Shown: piece by piece, positions 30,392-44,170 of the stretch
Numbering within the stretch: the stretch's first letter is position 1
Layout: each line of letters opens with the position of its first letter
Assembly: GCF_009914755.1 (NCBI RefSeq)
Contig: NC_060926.1
DNA from: the human T2T-CHM13v2.0 reference genome, Homo sapiens
Strand: one strand, 5' to 3'
DNA length: 64,000 nucleotides
Program-made: the position numbers and the translations under genes
The notes under the pieces: model-generated
Database searches by the model: none
Told to the model about the DNA's origin: nothing
Seen by the model: the letters and a program-made list of their open reading frames with translations, nothing else

Positions 30392-31856
30392 TGTGTCCGG
30401 AATTGGTGGGTTCTTGGTCTCACTGACTTCAAGAATGAAGCCGCGGACCCTCGTGGTGAGTGTTACAGCTCTTAAGGTGGCGCGACTGGAGTTTGTTCCT
30501 TCTCATATTCGGATGTGTTCGGAGTCTCTTCCTTCTGATGGGTTCGTGGTCTCGCTGGCTCAGGAGTGAAGCTGCAGACCTTCGTGCTGAGTGTTACAGC
30601 TCTTAAGGCAGCACATCTGGAGTTGTTTGTTCCTTCTGGTGGGCTCGTGGTCTCGCTGGCTTCAGGAGTGAAGCTACAGACCTTCATGGTGAGTGTTACA
30701 GCTCATAAAAGCAGCGTGGACCCAAAGAGTGACCAGTAGCAAGATTTATTGCAAAGAGTTAAAGAACAAAGCTTCCACAGTGTGGAAGGGGACCCCATCG
30801 GGTTGCCACTGCTGGCTCAGCAGCCTGCATTTATTCTCTTATCTGGCCCCACCCACATCCTGCTGATTGGTAGAGCCCAGTGGTCTGTTTTGACAGGGCG
30901 CTGATTGGTGCGTTTACAATCCTTGAGCTAGACACAAAGGTTCTCCACGTCCCCACTAGATTAACTACATACAGAGTGTTGACACAAAGGTTCTGCAAGG
31001 CCCCACCAGAGTAGCTAGATACAGAGTGTGGATTGGTGCACTCACAAACCCTGAGCTAGACACAGAGTGCCGATTGGTGCATTTACAATCCCTGAGCTAG
31101 ACATCAAGGTTCTCCAAGGCCCCACCAGAGCAGCTAGATACAGAGTACCCACTGGTGCATTTACAATCCCTGAGGTAGACATAAGATTCTCCACGTCCCC
31201 ACCAGACTCAGGAGCCCAGCTGGCTTCACCCAGTGGATCCCGCATCGGGGCTGCAGGTGGAGCTGCCTGCCAGTCCCGCGCCATGCGCTCGCACTCCTCA
31301 GCCCTTGGGTGGTAGATGGGACTGGGCGCCGTGGAGCAGGGGGCGGGCGCTCGTCGGGGAGGCTCGGGCTGCACAGGAACCCATGGAGGCGGGGGAAGGC
31401 TCAGGCATGGCGGCCTGCAGTCCTGAGCCCTGCCCCGAGGGGAGGCAGCTAAGGCCTGGCGAGAAATCGAGCGCAGCGCCGGTGGGCCGGCACTGCTGGG
31501 GGACCCAGTACACCCTCCGCAGCCGCTGGCCCGGGTGCTAAGCCCCTCATTGCCCGGGGCCGGCAGGGCCGGCCTGCTGCTCCGAGTGCGGGGCCCGCCA
31601 AGCCCACACCCACCCGGAACTCCAGCTGGCCTGCAAGCGCCGCGCGCAGCCCCGGTTCCCGCTCGCGCCTCTCCCTCCACACCTCCCTGCAAGCTGAGGG
31701 AGCCGGCTCTGGCCTTGGCCAGCCCAGAAAGGGGTTCCCATAGTGCAGCGGTGGGCTGAAGGACTCCTCAAGTGCCGCCAAAGTGGGAGCCCAGGCAGAG
31801 GAGGCACCGAGAGCGAGTGAGGGCTGTGAGGACTGCCAGCACGCTGTCACCTCTCA
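30392..31856 (-). mobile_element. LTR12C solo LTR (ERV9), complete, inserted in a MIR
   Basis: Termini tgtgtccggaattggtgggttc and cacgctgtcacctctca; U5 tandem repeats, CCAAT/GATA enhancer repeats, GC-rich U3; TSD ctg(a/g). Confidence 0.97.
30830..31180 (-). promoter_or_regulatory. LTR12C promoter/enhancer: AATAAA TATA-like box and CCAAT (NF-Y) array
   Basis: tttatt at 30830-30835; ATTGG at about 30866, 30904, 31032 and 31073; AGATA repeats. Confidence 0.75.
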
Positions 31857-33029
31857 CTGGCATAAAGTAAGTCCTCAAATGCTAATGTTCTTCACGTAGA
31901 TGTGGCCATTTACTTTATGTACACTAAATTGCAATAAAAGAAAGCTTAATTTGAGAGAGAATGTATCTGAAGAAAACCTTCAAAAAAGCTCAGAAAGGGA
32001 ATATAGTCTCAGTGCTTTTAGAAACAGCACATTTGACTGGCTTAAAAGAATGAAACCAGGTATCATATTCTTTTCATTCATTTTTGCTTTAATTTACAGC
32101 AGAGACATGAGGAAAATGCTCCCCTCCCCAACTAAGACACTGAGAAAATATTCCAATACAAAAGAAACATGCATTTATTTTCTCAAAAAGGGAGAGAGAT
32201 GTTTTTCATTAGACCAAAGGAGAAAATACCAACGGAGAAAAGCTAGGAATAAAAAATAAAGAAACCTTAGACATGTAGCTACCTACAAATATTGGAAACA
32301 TTGTCATATAGAAAAGGGATTAAGTTTGTTCTGAGTGGGCCAGGAACTGTGGTTAGTGCAATGACAAATGAAAGAGAACTAAGAGAAAAACTTTTTAAAC
32401 CTGAAAGGCACTCAAAAGTGGAATGGATCAACAACTCAGGATGCATTAGTTTCAAATGACAGAGGGGAGAATCACTCTGTTTACATAGAGAACACGTTGG
32501 CTGCATTAGACCTGTATGTATCAAGCTCACCTGTAGTACAGAGCAGGAAACTCCCTGAATGACCCTATGGGGACCATTGGAGTAAGGGGCCAGGGAGAAA
32601 TGGAGGGAGAGAGAAGTCCCCTTGCAACTACTGAGCTATTAAAGAGGTGGAGGTAGAAAGGAACTGGAGGGAGACCACATGTATTTGCCTAGCCCGTCAT
32701 TGCACGAATGGTTGGCAAACAGGCATCTAAGCGTATCCATTCTTTCAGGTGGCCCTACTCTGCTAAGGCACTGGGGTGGAAATAGTGCAGTGGACAAGGT
32801 ATTTGTATTTCCTGACTTTTGAAGCGTCAAGGTAAACTCAAATGACTGTTACTGACAAGTAAGAAAACAGGTGATGAAATTGAATAATATCAGTTTTGAA
32901 AGTGCTATGAAGGAAGTAGGTGAAGGATTGATAGAGAAAACTGGGAATAAGAGTGGATAAGGCAGAGAAGACTTCTGTAAGGAGCTGTCCTTTATTAATC
33001 TGGGTGCTTTATAAAATAAAGAAAAGAAA

Positions 33030-33083
33030 AGACGAGATAGATGATTGATAGATGGATGGATGGATAAATAGATAGATAGATAG
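33030..33083. repeat. (GATA)/(GATG)n microsatellite within an L2 fragment
   Basis: Direct reading. Confidence 0.85.
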
Positions 33084-33314
33084 AAAGCCAAATATGCAAA
33101 TAGGGAAAGGAAAGCATCAGCAAGTAGTGAAAGCTCATGGCGTTTTCTTGGAAATGACAGAAACCCATGAGATCATTAGATTTGATCTGTGTGAGGCTAT
33201 AGTGATGGTTGGGACATTTTAGGAATTTAATTTTACTATAACAGAAATGGGAAACTATTGAAGAGATTTAAGACAAGCAATCAGAAAAAATATATATTTA
33301 AGAATTGGTTTTGA

Positions 33315-34810
<1,496 letters not shown>

Positions 34811-35220
34811 GGTGAAGTTCATCCTTGGAGTGGCGTGAGGAGCATGGAATATTGCAGGAGAGAAGATAATTCACCAGAGACTGTTGCATTCATCTGAGTG
34901 AAAGATTGCGATGATCTAGTCCAAGGTGATGGTAATGGAGAGATGGAGATAAAAGGACACGTTTTCCATATGGAAATTGATAATAAAGATTGGATATTGA
35001 GGGCGAGGAAGAAAATGGGGATTCAAATGTAATCTCAAGCTACCGGAACCAGTGCTCAAGCGGGTGTATATATAATATTGCTCTACTTCGATGTCTTGTC
35101 CACGCTCACATATTGATGATTTTATACCCTGGGTGCAGCTGGGTGTTGTGGGGTGTCTTTTTGTCGACTGTGCTGGATGTGACCACACTTGCATCTGCAT
35201 TTGTGGGGTCATGTTCACAT

Positions 35221-35234
35221 GTTGCCATGGCAAC
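35221..35234. promoter_or_regulatory. Perfect palindromic RFX X-box motif
   Basis: GTTGCCATGGCAAC; function untested. Confidence 0.55.
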
Positions 35235-36254
35235 CTCCCAGGCTACAGTTGCATGGTGGCCTCAGTGGTTTTCATGATTAGAAGCCTCTGGAATCAACTG
35301 CCTGAAGGTACTTGGAGGTGACTCAGCTGGTTCCAAATAGTATTCAGTGCCTCGTTCCTGCCTTTAGAAACAGGGAACTAACAGAGGGAATATTCTCAGG
35401 GCTTCTTCAGCAGAGGAATAGTGATTAAAAGTTTGAAATCAGATGACAGAAAATGCTAGTTTGTGAATAAATAGGATCTGGTTTTCCTATTGTAAATGTA
35501 CAATTTGAAATTGGAATATAGGGATGTAGGAAAGCAGCAAGGAGGGATTTATATGATTTATATTTTGCTATATGTGATAATAAGCTGATGTCCCATCACT
35601 TAATATCCATAAACACAATTTGATTATCATTTTTTAAGACAATTTCAAACTATAAACATTTATTTTGTCTCCTATTATATTTAATTTTCAGATAAATAAA
35701 TAACAAAATTTTAAATCTATAATTAAAATATTGTAATATGCCAAAACTTCTCTGGAAGTTTTGGTATTTTATTTAGAAATGCACTATATATTCTTTTGAT
35801 TTTTATAAGACAATAAAGTATTCAAATTCGATAATGTATAAATTCAAAAAGAATTTTCTTGAGGGGAGAGATCAGTTCATGTGTTTGGGAAAGTGAAATA
35901 TGATTTATTGCAAATGGTCTGGTGGCTTTATTAATGCTTACTGGATCTATAAAGCTTCTTTGTTTTGGGGACACTGAGTCCTTGTGTTGTTCTCCCCAAC
36001 ATCTAGTTTGTAGATTTTGTAGCTCAAAGCAAAGCAGTTTTCTGCCCCATCCTCAAGCTCTGCAAAGCCCTGGAGTGCCAGATATGAGTTCTAAGGTCTT
36101 AACTGAGAAGCCCTCACTCTGCATTACTGACCCCTCGCTTAGTATGGGGCCTTTGGTGCCCAAAAGAGTTCACTAATGAGTGCTCAGGGGCAGACAGTGT
36201 ATCCTGTTAAAGTTTATTAAATGCTTTATATAATGTTAGATGTTTAAGAGGCTG

Positions 36255-36720
36255 TTCTGGTGCTAGACTCTGTGGGTTTGAGCTCTAGCTCCATCCTCTA
36301 CTTACTAACTCTGGAACTTTGTAGCAGTCACTAGAGTTGTGCTTTCTCAACTGTGAAGTGAAGACAATGGCAGTATTTAACTCATCAAATTGTCCCCAGA
36401 CTTCAAGGAAATAATCTGCAGAAGGACTTGTTATAGGGTCTGGTGCTTAGTAGAATCAGAGTAAATGATGGTATTATTTTAATAATAATGTAGCTATCAT
36501 TTTGCAATTGTTTATTATGTGCAAAGTCTGTGTGAAGTACTTTACTTACCTTCTCTTTTTTGATATTCAAAGCCATCCTATGAAGTAGGTGCCATTAGTA
36601 ATCCAATTTTAGATATGAGGATGCTAATACTTACAAAAAGTTAAGAGAAGAGTTCAAGGCACTTCTAGTGGAGTTGAGATTCAAATCAGCTCTGCCTGAT
36701 TCCAGGTCCTATGATTTCAT
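36255..36720. mobile_element. Two adjacent MIR fragments in opposite orientations
   Basis: gggtttgagctctagctccatc...cttactaact; atccaattttagatatgagga...gagattcaaatcagctctgcctgattcca. Confidence 0.65.
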
Positions 36721-37074
36721 TTTGAATGTCATGCATCTTCTGCCCATACTGATGCCTGATGTGGTACAAAAATGAGAACAGATACTTTATGTCTGTTAAT
36801 ATGATAGCTGATACTCATGGAAATCTTGCTTTGCTAAATATTACCAATAACTAGTGTTCACAATGTTTGCAACCCATTAAGCTACGTTGTTTATCTGAAT
36901 TGTTTCCTTTAATTCCTTTAACCAATATATGAATTGAGAATATACTATTCCTGTTTCCCAGATAAGCGGACTGGGGGCCCCAGAGTTCAAGTGCACCGCT
37001 CAATGTTCCAGAAGGAGTAAATGGAGGCAGCCCTTGGAGGCAGATCTATCTGATCCATGCCCAGAATCTCTCAC

Positions 37075-37163
37075 CAAAACTGTGAGAGAATAAATTTATT
37101 TTGTTTTAAGCCACAAAATCTGTAGTAATTTGTCACAGCAGCCCTAAAGAAACCCTGAATACA
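37075..37163 (+). mobile_element. MLT1 LTR 3' fragment
   Basis: aactgtgagagaataaatttattttgttttaagccac...cagcagccctaaagaaa. Confidence 0.7.
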
Positions 37164-37697
37164 CACACTGTCCACCATTCTGATCTTTTCCTGTCGCTTT
37201 GGAAGTCTTGAAAGAAGAAAAGAGGAGGACTGTTTCTATGTATACTTTGAAATCTAATTTTAGGGAATTGGCGGATAACCTTTGTATTTTGTTATGCTGA
37301 AAGAGGCCTAGAGTTCTAGACTACAAAGCATTATTTTACTAGCTTAGCTTTGATATATAATAGACTCAATCATTTCCCGGCTCCTGGGGAAAGGACAGTC
37401 TGATCGTATATGATTTCAAGGAAAAAAAATATGCTTGCAATGGGGATTGAAAGAGAGACTAAAAACAGGGAAGATATTGCAATTCTAGGCTAGTGATAAT
37501 GAATCCCTAAACTCTGAAACATAAGCTGGAGGAGGACAGACAGTGAATGTAGACAGTAATAAACCCAAAAGATTTCATAGTAAAATTTATAGAAAATGGT
37601 GCCTGATTAATTTTAGGAAATGCTGAGAGAAAGCAAATTGAAAAATAACTCAGCAGTTTCTAGTCTGTTCAAAGTGAAAACTAGGTGTAGATCAGAG

Positions 37698-38111
37698 TGT
37701 GTTAGTTTACCAAGGATGCTGAACCACATTACTAAAAACTGAATAGGTTAGAACAGCAGAAATTCATTATCTGGCAATCCAGAGTCCACAAGCTTGAAAT
37801 CAAGGTGTTGGCAGAGCCATTCTCATTCTGAAGACCCCAGGAGAGAATCCTTCTTTCCTTCTTCCAGTTTCACTTAGCTTGTGGAAACATAACTCTCACT
37901 TCCTCTGTCTTCAATGGCCTTCTTTTTCAATCTTTCCCTGTCCTCTTCTCTTCTGATAGAGATACCAGTAATTGAGTTGAAAGCCCATCCTAAGCCCATA
38001 ATGGTTTCATATGGAGATCATTAACTGCAAATACCCTATTTACAAATAAGGACACATTCTGAGGTTCTGAGTGGACATGATCTTTCTAAGGCCACGATGT
38101 GACCCACGACA
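37698..38111 (-). mobile_element. MLT1B/C-like solo LTR
   Basis: gaaatcaaggtgttggcagagcc, ccctatttacaaataaggacacattctgaggttctg. Confidence 0.8.
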
Positions 38112-38629
38112 GGAGGGATATCAGTGGCTCATAACCCACATTGCTCCCTTCATCACCAGGCCATCACCACCCAATTTTGCAAATGGAAGATCTAGAAATG
38201 TTCAAGGTAGAAATTGTGGAGACAAAAGGAGGAAGCAGGTGAAATCTTCTGCCCATAGAAATTTCTGACCATCTCAACATGCCCAGAGGAGATGCCCGTG
38301 GTGGACTAAACTTCAAGGAGAGCTGAGGACTTGAGTTACACAGCCCTGGTGATATTGCTGTCCTTAAGAGATAGAGTGGCTTTTCAGTGACTAAGAATTG
38401 CTCTTATATATTTCTAAAAATCTGTGATGCATATAACAAAAAAATTTCTCACTTATGACACCCTCCCAAGTACATGTTCAACCATTTACCAAACATTTGA
38501 TACTTCATGAAAATGAAAGGAAGCAGGAAATAAGCAGAAAATGCTTCAAGTGGCTAAGCATGTAATGGTGGGTGGTAATCTTCTCCATATTCTTTTTCTC
38601 GTTTTCCGGATAAATTTACAGGGCTCAGA

Positions 38630-38812
38630 GAACGCACTGGGGGTTAGAACCACAACATAGAGGAAGCCTGGATCCCCAAATCACTGTATGGAATGCTTTT
38701 TAATGCACATGCTATTAGGCTTTATCTGAGTAAGAAATAAACTTCCCTAGGTTAAGTCATTGAAATACTAGGGTTATTTATTACAGCAGTAAGCTTTTAC
38801 TGACTAATACTA
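38630..38812 (+). mobile_element. MLT1I/J-like LTR 3' fragment
   Basis: gaagcctggatcccc...aagaaataaactt...ttaagtcattgaaa...tattacagcag...tgactaatac. Confidence 0.6.
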
Positions 38813-40439
38813 TGAAAGTAGGTTAAATCACTCTCTTAGTCTTGTTATACGTTTTTGTTCTTAAAATGAAACACAGACATATTTACCTCTCAGAAATTTT
38901 TTAATAATTCAGTCAGATAATACGTGATATTGCTTGTCATGATGTCAGAAACATTGCAAAGGCTCTGTAAACACCAACTATTGGTATCACAGGATACTGC
39001 TCTCATACTGATAGGTATATTAGTAGGACATAGAAGGTCCTTCTTAATTAGACACCACCTTTCTTTTCCAATCTAATTTCCAGCCTTACTCTCTATGTCA
39101 CCTAATATTTCTCTTATTTCTCCATCATGCCCTAGTCTCCATGGACTCTTCCACATGCATATCTTGCCTTTCACACTCTTTGAACTTTGCTTATGCTATT
39201 TTTTCTTACTTGAAATGTTTTCCCTTCCACCCCTATTTATCTCTCTAGTGAAATAATACTAATCCTTCAAGGTGTGTCAAAATTTTGTGAAAATTTCCCT
39301 AACCCACTTAGGGAAAACTGATTGTTCTCTTCTCTGTGGTAAAAAAAGCACATTTAACAACATTTATGATAGCAATTAATAATCTCTCGGTTTCTGCAAC
39401 ATTCACTTCTATCTTAATCATAACTCCTTCTCAATTTCTTGCTATCTCATAATCTTCTACTCAAGTTCCAACTCTTGGAGCTCCTAATAGCTTGGTTGTA
39501 GGACTTCTTTCTAACCATATTTTTTTTTTCATTTAGTGATCTCATCCATTCCATTGACTTTAATCCCATGTAGATGCTCATAAGAGCCAAATTTATATCT
39601 CTTTCTAAGACATTGAATCTAAGTCCAAATTCTTTCATCTCTAAGAGTGGTCAAATTTAATATGTCTGAAATAGAACTCTTACCTCCCTCTCTTGCAAAA
39701 CTGTTCCTCTACCGGCCTTAGGAATTTCAGTAAGTGACAATGCATTTTACCTAGCTGTTCATACCAAGATTTTAAGTCAATAAAGGGATTGTAACATAAA
39801 ATCGAGTAAATTCTCAGTGAAAGGAACTAAGGCAGTTGGTTGAAAAATATGAGTTAAAGTAGAGAATCAGTGCAGAAAATCAATGATCCCACTAACAGGA
39901 GTTGCAGAAGGAAAAAAAATAGAAAAAAATGAAAACAGGAAACTAGCAAAGAAATAATACAAGAAAAGTTTCTAGAATGGAAGAGAGTCAAACCATGAAA
40001 GTGCATCTAAAACTTCCGCTTGGACGTTGTACAATCTCTGCTTATATCCCATTGGCCAAAAAATCCCAAAGTCACTGGAGTGAAGAAACATACTTTGAAG
40101 AAACATACTTTTCCTGCATGAAGTATGGTGAGGATGGGGAGAGAAAAAGTAGCTGTTAAGTGTAAAAGCCACAACAGTATAGCTGGGGATTCAGGAAATA
40201 GAGACTGAAAATAAAAATATGTGTCATATCTAATATAGGAAAGCAAAAAGTTGGTTTCTAAGTCAGTAGTGAAGAGACATTCCAAGGCTAATAATTTTAC
40301 CTTTGATGTGGAGGCGAACATTATTCAGATTGGAGCTGGAGGATGAAGAACTCTGGGAAGAAGGAAAACAGGAAAAGAAAAGTTGTCAATTGATAATCAT
40401 ATATTTGTGTAGAAAATTGAACTGGAAACTCTTGACATA

Positions 40440-41070
40440 ACTTTTTAAAATAAAATCATGTCATTTCCCTCTTTATTCAAAGCCTTCCCACTTCTTTTAG
40501 AATAAAATTAAAATTCCAGCAGGTCTTGCACATTCCAGTTTCTACATGTGCCCCAGACTTATCTAATACCACGTTCCCACTTGGTCATTGAGCTGCAGCT
40601 ATCAGAATGCTTTTGAATTCTCAGCCATGCCAATCCATTTTTACCTGAAAGCTTTTGTACCACTCTCAGTTGTCAGCTCTTAGTCCAGCTTTTCAAATGT
40701 CTGGCTGGACCTCATCCTTCACATCTCTTAGTTCAAATTTATTCTTGAGTAGTACTCAATTTATAACTTGACTAGCCTCTCCAGATAACATCATTTGTGT
40801 AATTTTTCATCCACTTGTATTCTATCATATATTCCATGCCATTGCCCTGTTCATTTCCCTTTTAATAACGATTATAATTTTAATAATATTACTCATTAAT
40901 TATTTTTCTTCTTTATTCAGTGTCTTTTTCCACTTAGAATGTAAGTTTTCTGGGGATAATACTCTTCTTTGTTCTGCTGTATTGTATTTTCTGTATTTAG
41001 GACAGTGTCTGGCATGGAGAAGACATTTAAGTAAATATCGAATAAGAGGATGTGTAAATAAATGAATAAA
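40440..41070 (+). mobile_element. L2 3' region
   Basis: tagaatgtaagttttctgggga...taggacagtgtctggcatggagaagacatttaagtaaatat. Confidence 0.7.
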
Positions 41071-41163
41071 GCTCATGATGAATAAGGAAGTAGGGGTTGC
41101 ATAGGAACATTCAAGGGCAGTAACAACCCAGGCCACAATGGTGAGGGTTTAGTCTGAGAAATA

Positions 41164-41528
41164 AATAAACCCCTTAGTCAGAAAACATTGTACTAGTCAC
41201 ATGTCGTTCATGCCTGAACCAAAGGTTTAAGGATAAGGAGTTCATCAACAGCAATAGAGGGAAGAATATGGAGGGAGATGAGGTAGCTTGTGCAAAGGCT
41301 CAAAGCTTCGAGGTAACATGGTGTATTCAATGAAATCTAGGGAGCTAATATAACTTTGCTGATGATAAATCATAAGGGCATGTTAAAGGCATCATAGAGA
41401 CCAAAGAGCACTGTGAATAAGGCTTTTAAATATTGGTTATAATCAAGGTCTATGCTTACTATTTATAGTGAGGGAAGGATATTTGCAACATGTGACTAGT
41501 ACAATGTTTTCTGACTAAGGGGTTTATT
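41164..41528. repeat. Perfect 41-bp inverted repeat (41164-41204 / 41488-41528), 283-bp spacer
   Basis: aataaaccccttagtcagaaaacattgtactagtcacatgt and its exact reverse complement. Confidence 0.97.
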
Positions 41529-41646
41529 AAGTGAAACATCTTCAGTTCGGAATTTCTAACATCTTGAGTTAGAGAATTTCTTGGGGTTTATTAAGTGAAA
41601 CATCTTCAGTTAGGAATTTCTAACATCTTGAGTTAGAGAATTTCTT
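41519..41646. repeat. 64-bp tandem duplication, 1 mismatch
   Basis: ggggtttattaagtgaaacatcttcagtt(c/a)ggaatttctaacatcttgagttagagaatttctt twice. Confidence 0.97.
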
Positions 41647-42552
41647 GGTTAGAAGTCAACACAAGATTAGCTTGAGGAAAAACTTGGGGAGTTGTGAAAC
41701 AGTTGTATCTCAGTATTTAATATTAGTGCCATTATAATTTGTGTTTATCAAAACATACTCAGGGTATTTTTGTTGTTGTATTTTTTTGTTAAGAAGTTAC
41801 ATTCTTAATATGTCAATAAATGTAGTCCTTTAGTTTCCTGCCCAGTAATCATGACTAGAATCCTAACAGTTGGCATCATGTCTTGATTTGTGAGCATCAG
41901 CAAATCTGGTGACTTCCTAGTGTAATCTTCTTCTCATCTGGAAATGGGATAATATGATAATTCCCACCCCACACAGTTAATGTGTGGGTCAAATGAATTA
42001 ATATAGGCAGAAGTGTATCATGAATTCTAAATTCATAAACAGCGCATGCCATATTATTACAAATTTAGAGAGCATTGCCAAATAAAAATTTCTAATCTGT
42101 CTACCTAGACTATGTTCTACCAGCTCCAGTAGAAAATTTCATGTGAAAAATGTATTGTGCTCCATCTGTTCAGGTTCAGAGAATTGAGCCTATGTACCTA
42201 AAGCTAATTTACTAAAGTGGGAGTTGAAGTGATGTCGTAAAAGGGAAATTTTCTAAGTAAGCTGTCGTTCACTGGCTTTCAACACAATTGCTCCAGCCAT
42301 AGATCATATTTTATAGAAAAAGAGTGTCCTAATTCTTGAAGGAGTGTTGGATAGTATAATAGCACACATACAAATCATATGATGTGCAATATCTATGAAG
42401 AATAATGTCGTGACAAGAAGTTACATCTAGTGTCATGGAATTCATTTAGTATTGGATAAATTACCAGGCTAGTCTAGTTTGTTCACATTCTCAGAGCCAC
42501 CTCCTTTCCCTGGAAAGCAACCTGGTACCTCTGCTTCTTCTTCCTCTTCTTC

Positions 42553-42872
<320 letters not shown>

Positions 42873-43859
42873 AACTCTGTACCTACTTCTTATTGCTAGT
42901 TTTGTTGTTAAAGTCTTGAATCTGAATTTCCCAAACAGATTACAGGGTTCATGGAAATGGAAGCTGGTTGTCCATCTCTTTGAATTCCCTACAGAGTCTG
43001 AAACAGTGCCTTGCAGAATGATATGGATTGAGAAAATTAATCTTTATATCTAGTCCAACAGTTTATATATGTTTGTTAAATTCAGGTTCATTTGGTCTCT
43101 TGGGTGCTCCAACATGTTTGGCAGAGACGATACCTTGGTTATGAACTCATCTTGGCTTGGCATGCACTTCAGAGGTGAACTGAAGATGCTATCAGCTATG
43201 CTTTTTCATTTTGGTTTATTACAGTTATTCTTGGAATATTTGTAGTTGCTGAGATATTAATCTTGCAGGCAGGAAATAATAGATCTTTCTTTATCTTTGC
43301 ATTTCTTGAGGGGAAATGAGTTGTAACAAAGAGCATATATTTATTTTCAAAATTAATTTCAGAAGGAAAAGGTTTACTTTGGAAATACATGTAATTTCAT
43401 TTTGCAATATACCTGATAATGTAAAAATACCATTTCACATATTATGTTATAAAAATAAACTCAAGCACTTAGAGGAATAGTTGACTTGAAAAACTTGTTA
43501 TAACACTTCTTGTATTTAGAATATTCTTTAAAAGCAACTTTATTTAATTCCAGATCAAGAAATAAAGAAAATTATTGCCAACTTCAGTTTATTCTCTTAC
43601 AAGTTTTCATTTTTAATTAGTAAAAGAGTTCATGTTAATTTTATAAAATTGACATATATACATATTTATACTTTACATATATTCAATAAAATTTACATAT
43701 AAGATTTACTTTATTTAGAAATTTAGAATGCACAAAAAAATCTCCACTTCTACATCTGCGTGGCTTTTTGTTATAAGGATATAGTAAATAATAGTAAATA
43801 AATTATGTTCATATTTTGAACAAGATTCTAACACCTGTTCACTTTATACTATATCATCA

Positions 43860-44170
43860 TAACACTGAAACCCTAACTTGATGCCTAACTATACGCTGGA
43901 CACTGTTCCAAAACTTCTCTTATATTTGCTTATGTAATCATTATAACAGCCCTAGGAGTTAGTTTGACACTGTAATTATTCCTGCTTCACAGATGAGCAG
44001 ACTGAGGCACAGACAGGATCACACAGAACTCAGTTCTCTCATTAGCAAAATGCAGTTTATCTTAGTATCTCCTTCTTTGGTATTTGCATGGTTTTGAGAG
44101 GCAAGAAGAGGATATGGCAAAGTACTTGACAATTATGAGTTAAACATATGACATTGCATTATTATTGTGG
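43860..44170. mobile_element. MIR fragments
   Basis: cttcacagatgagcagactgaggcacaga; ctcagttctctcattagcaaaatg. Confidence 0.65.

Noticed and set aside
30430-31200. CRISPR-like spaced repeats
   Set aside because: These are the known U5 and enhancer tandem repeats of LTR12C; no unique spacers, eukaryotic context.
31042-31850. Cluster of long overlapping ORFs (up to 216 aa)
   Set aside because: All lie in the GC-rich U3 of LTR12C, where stop codons are rare; low-complexity P/A/G/R peptides with no domain.
31900-32259. 119-aa ORF next to LTR12C
   Set aside because: It is upstream of and opposite to the LTR promoter direction, A-rich, with no homology I recognise.
41164-41528. Novel MITE with 41-bp TIRs
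   Set aside because: No convincing TSD, the interior looks continuous with flanking L2-like sequence, and perfect identity is too recent for known primate DNA transposon activity; templated insertion fits better.
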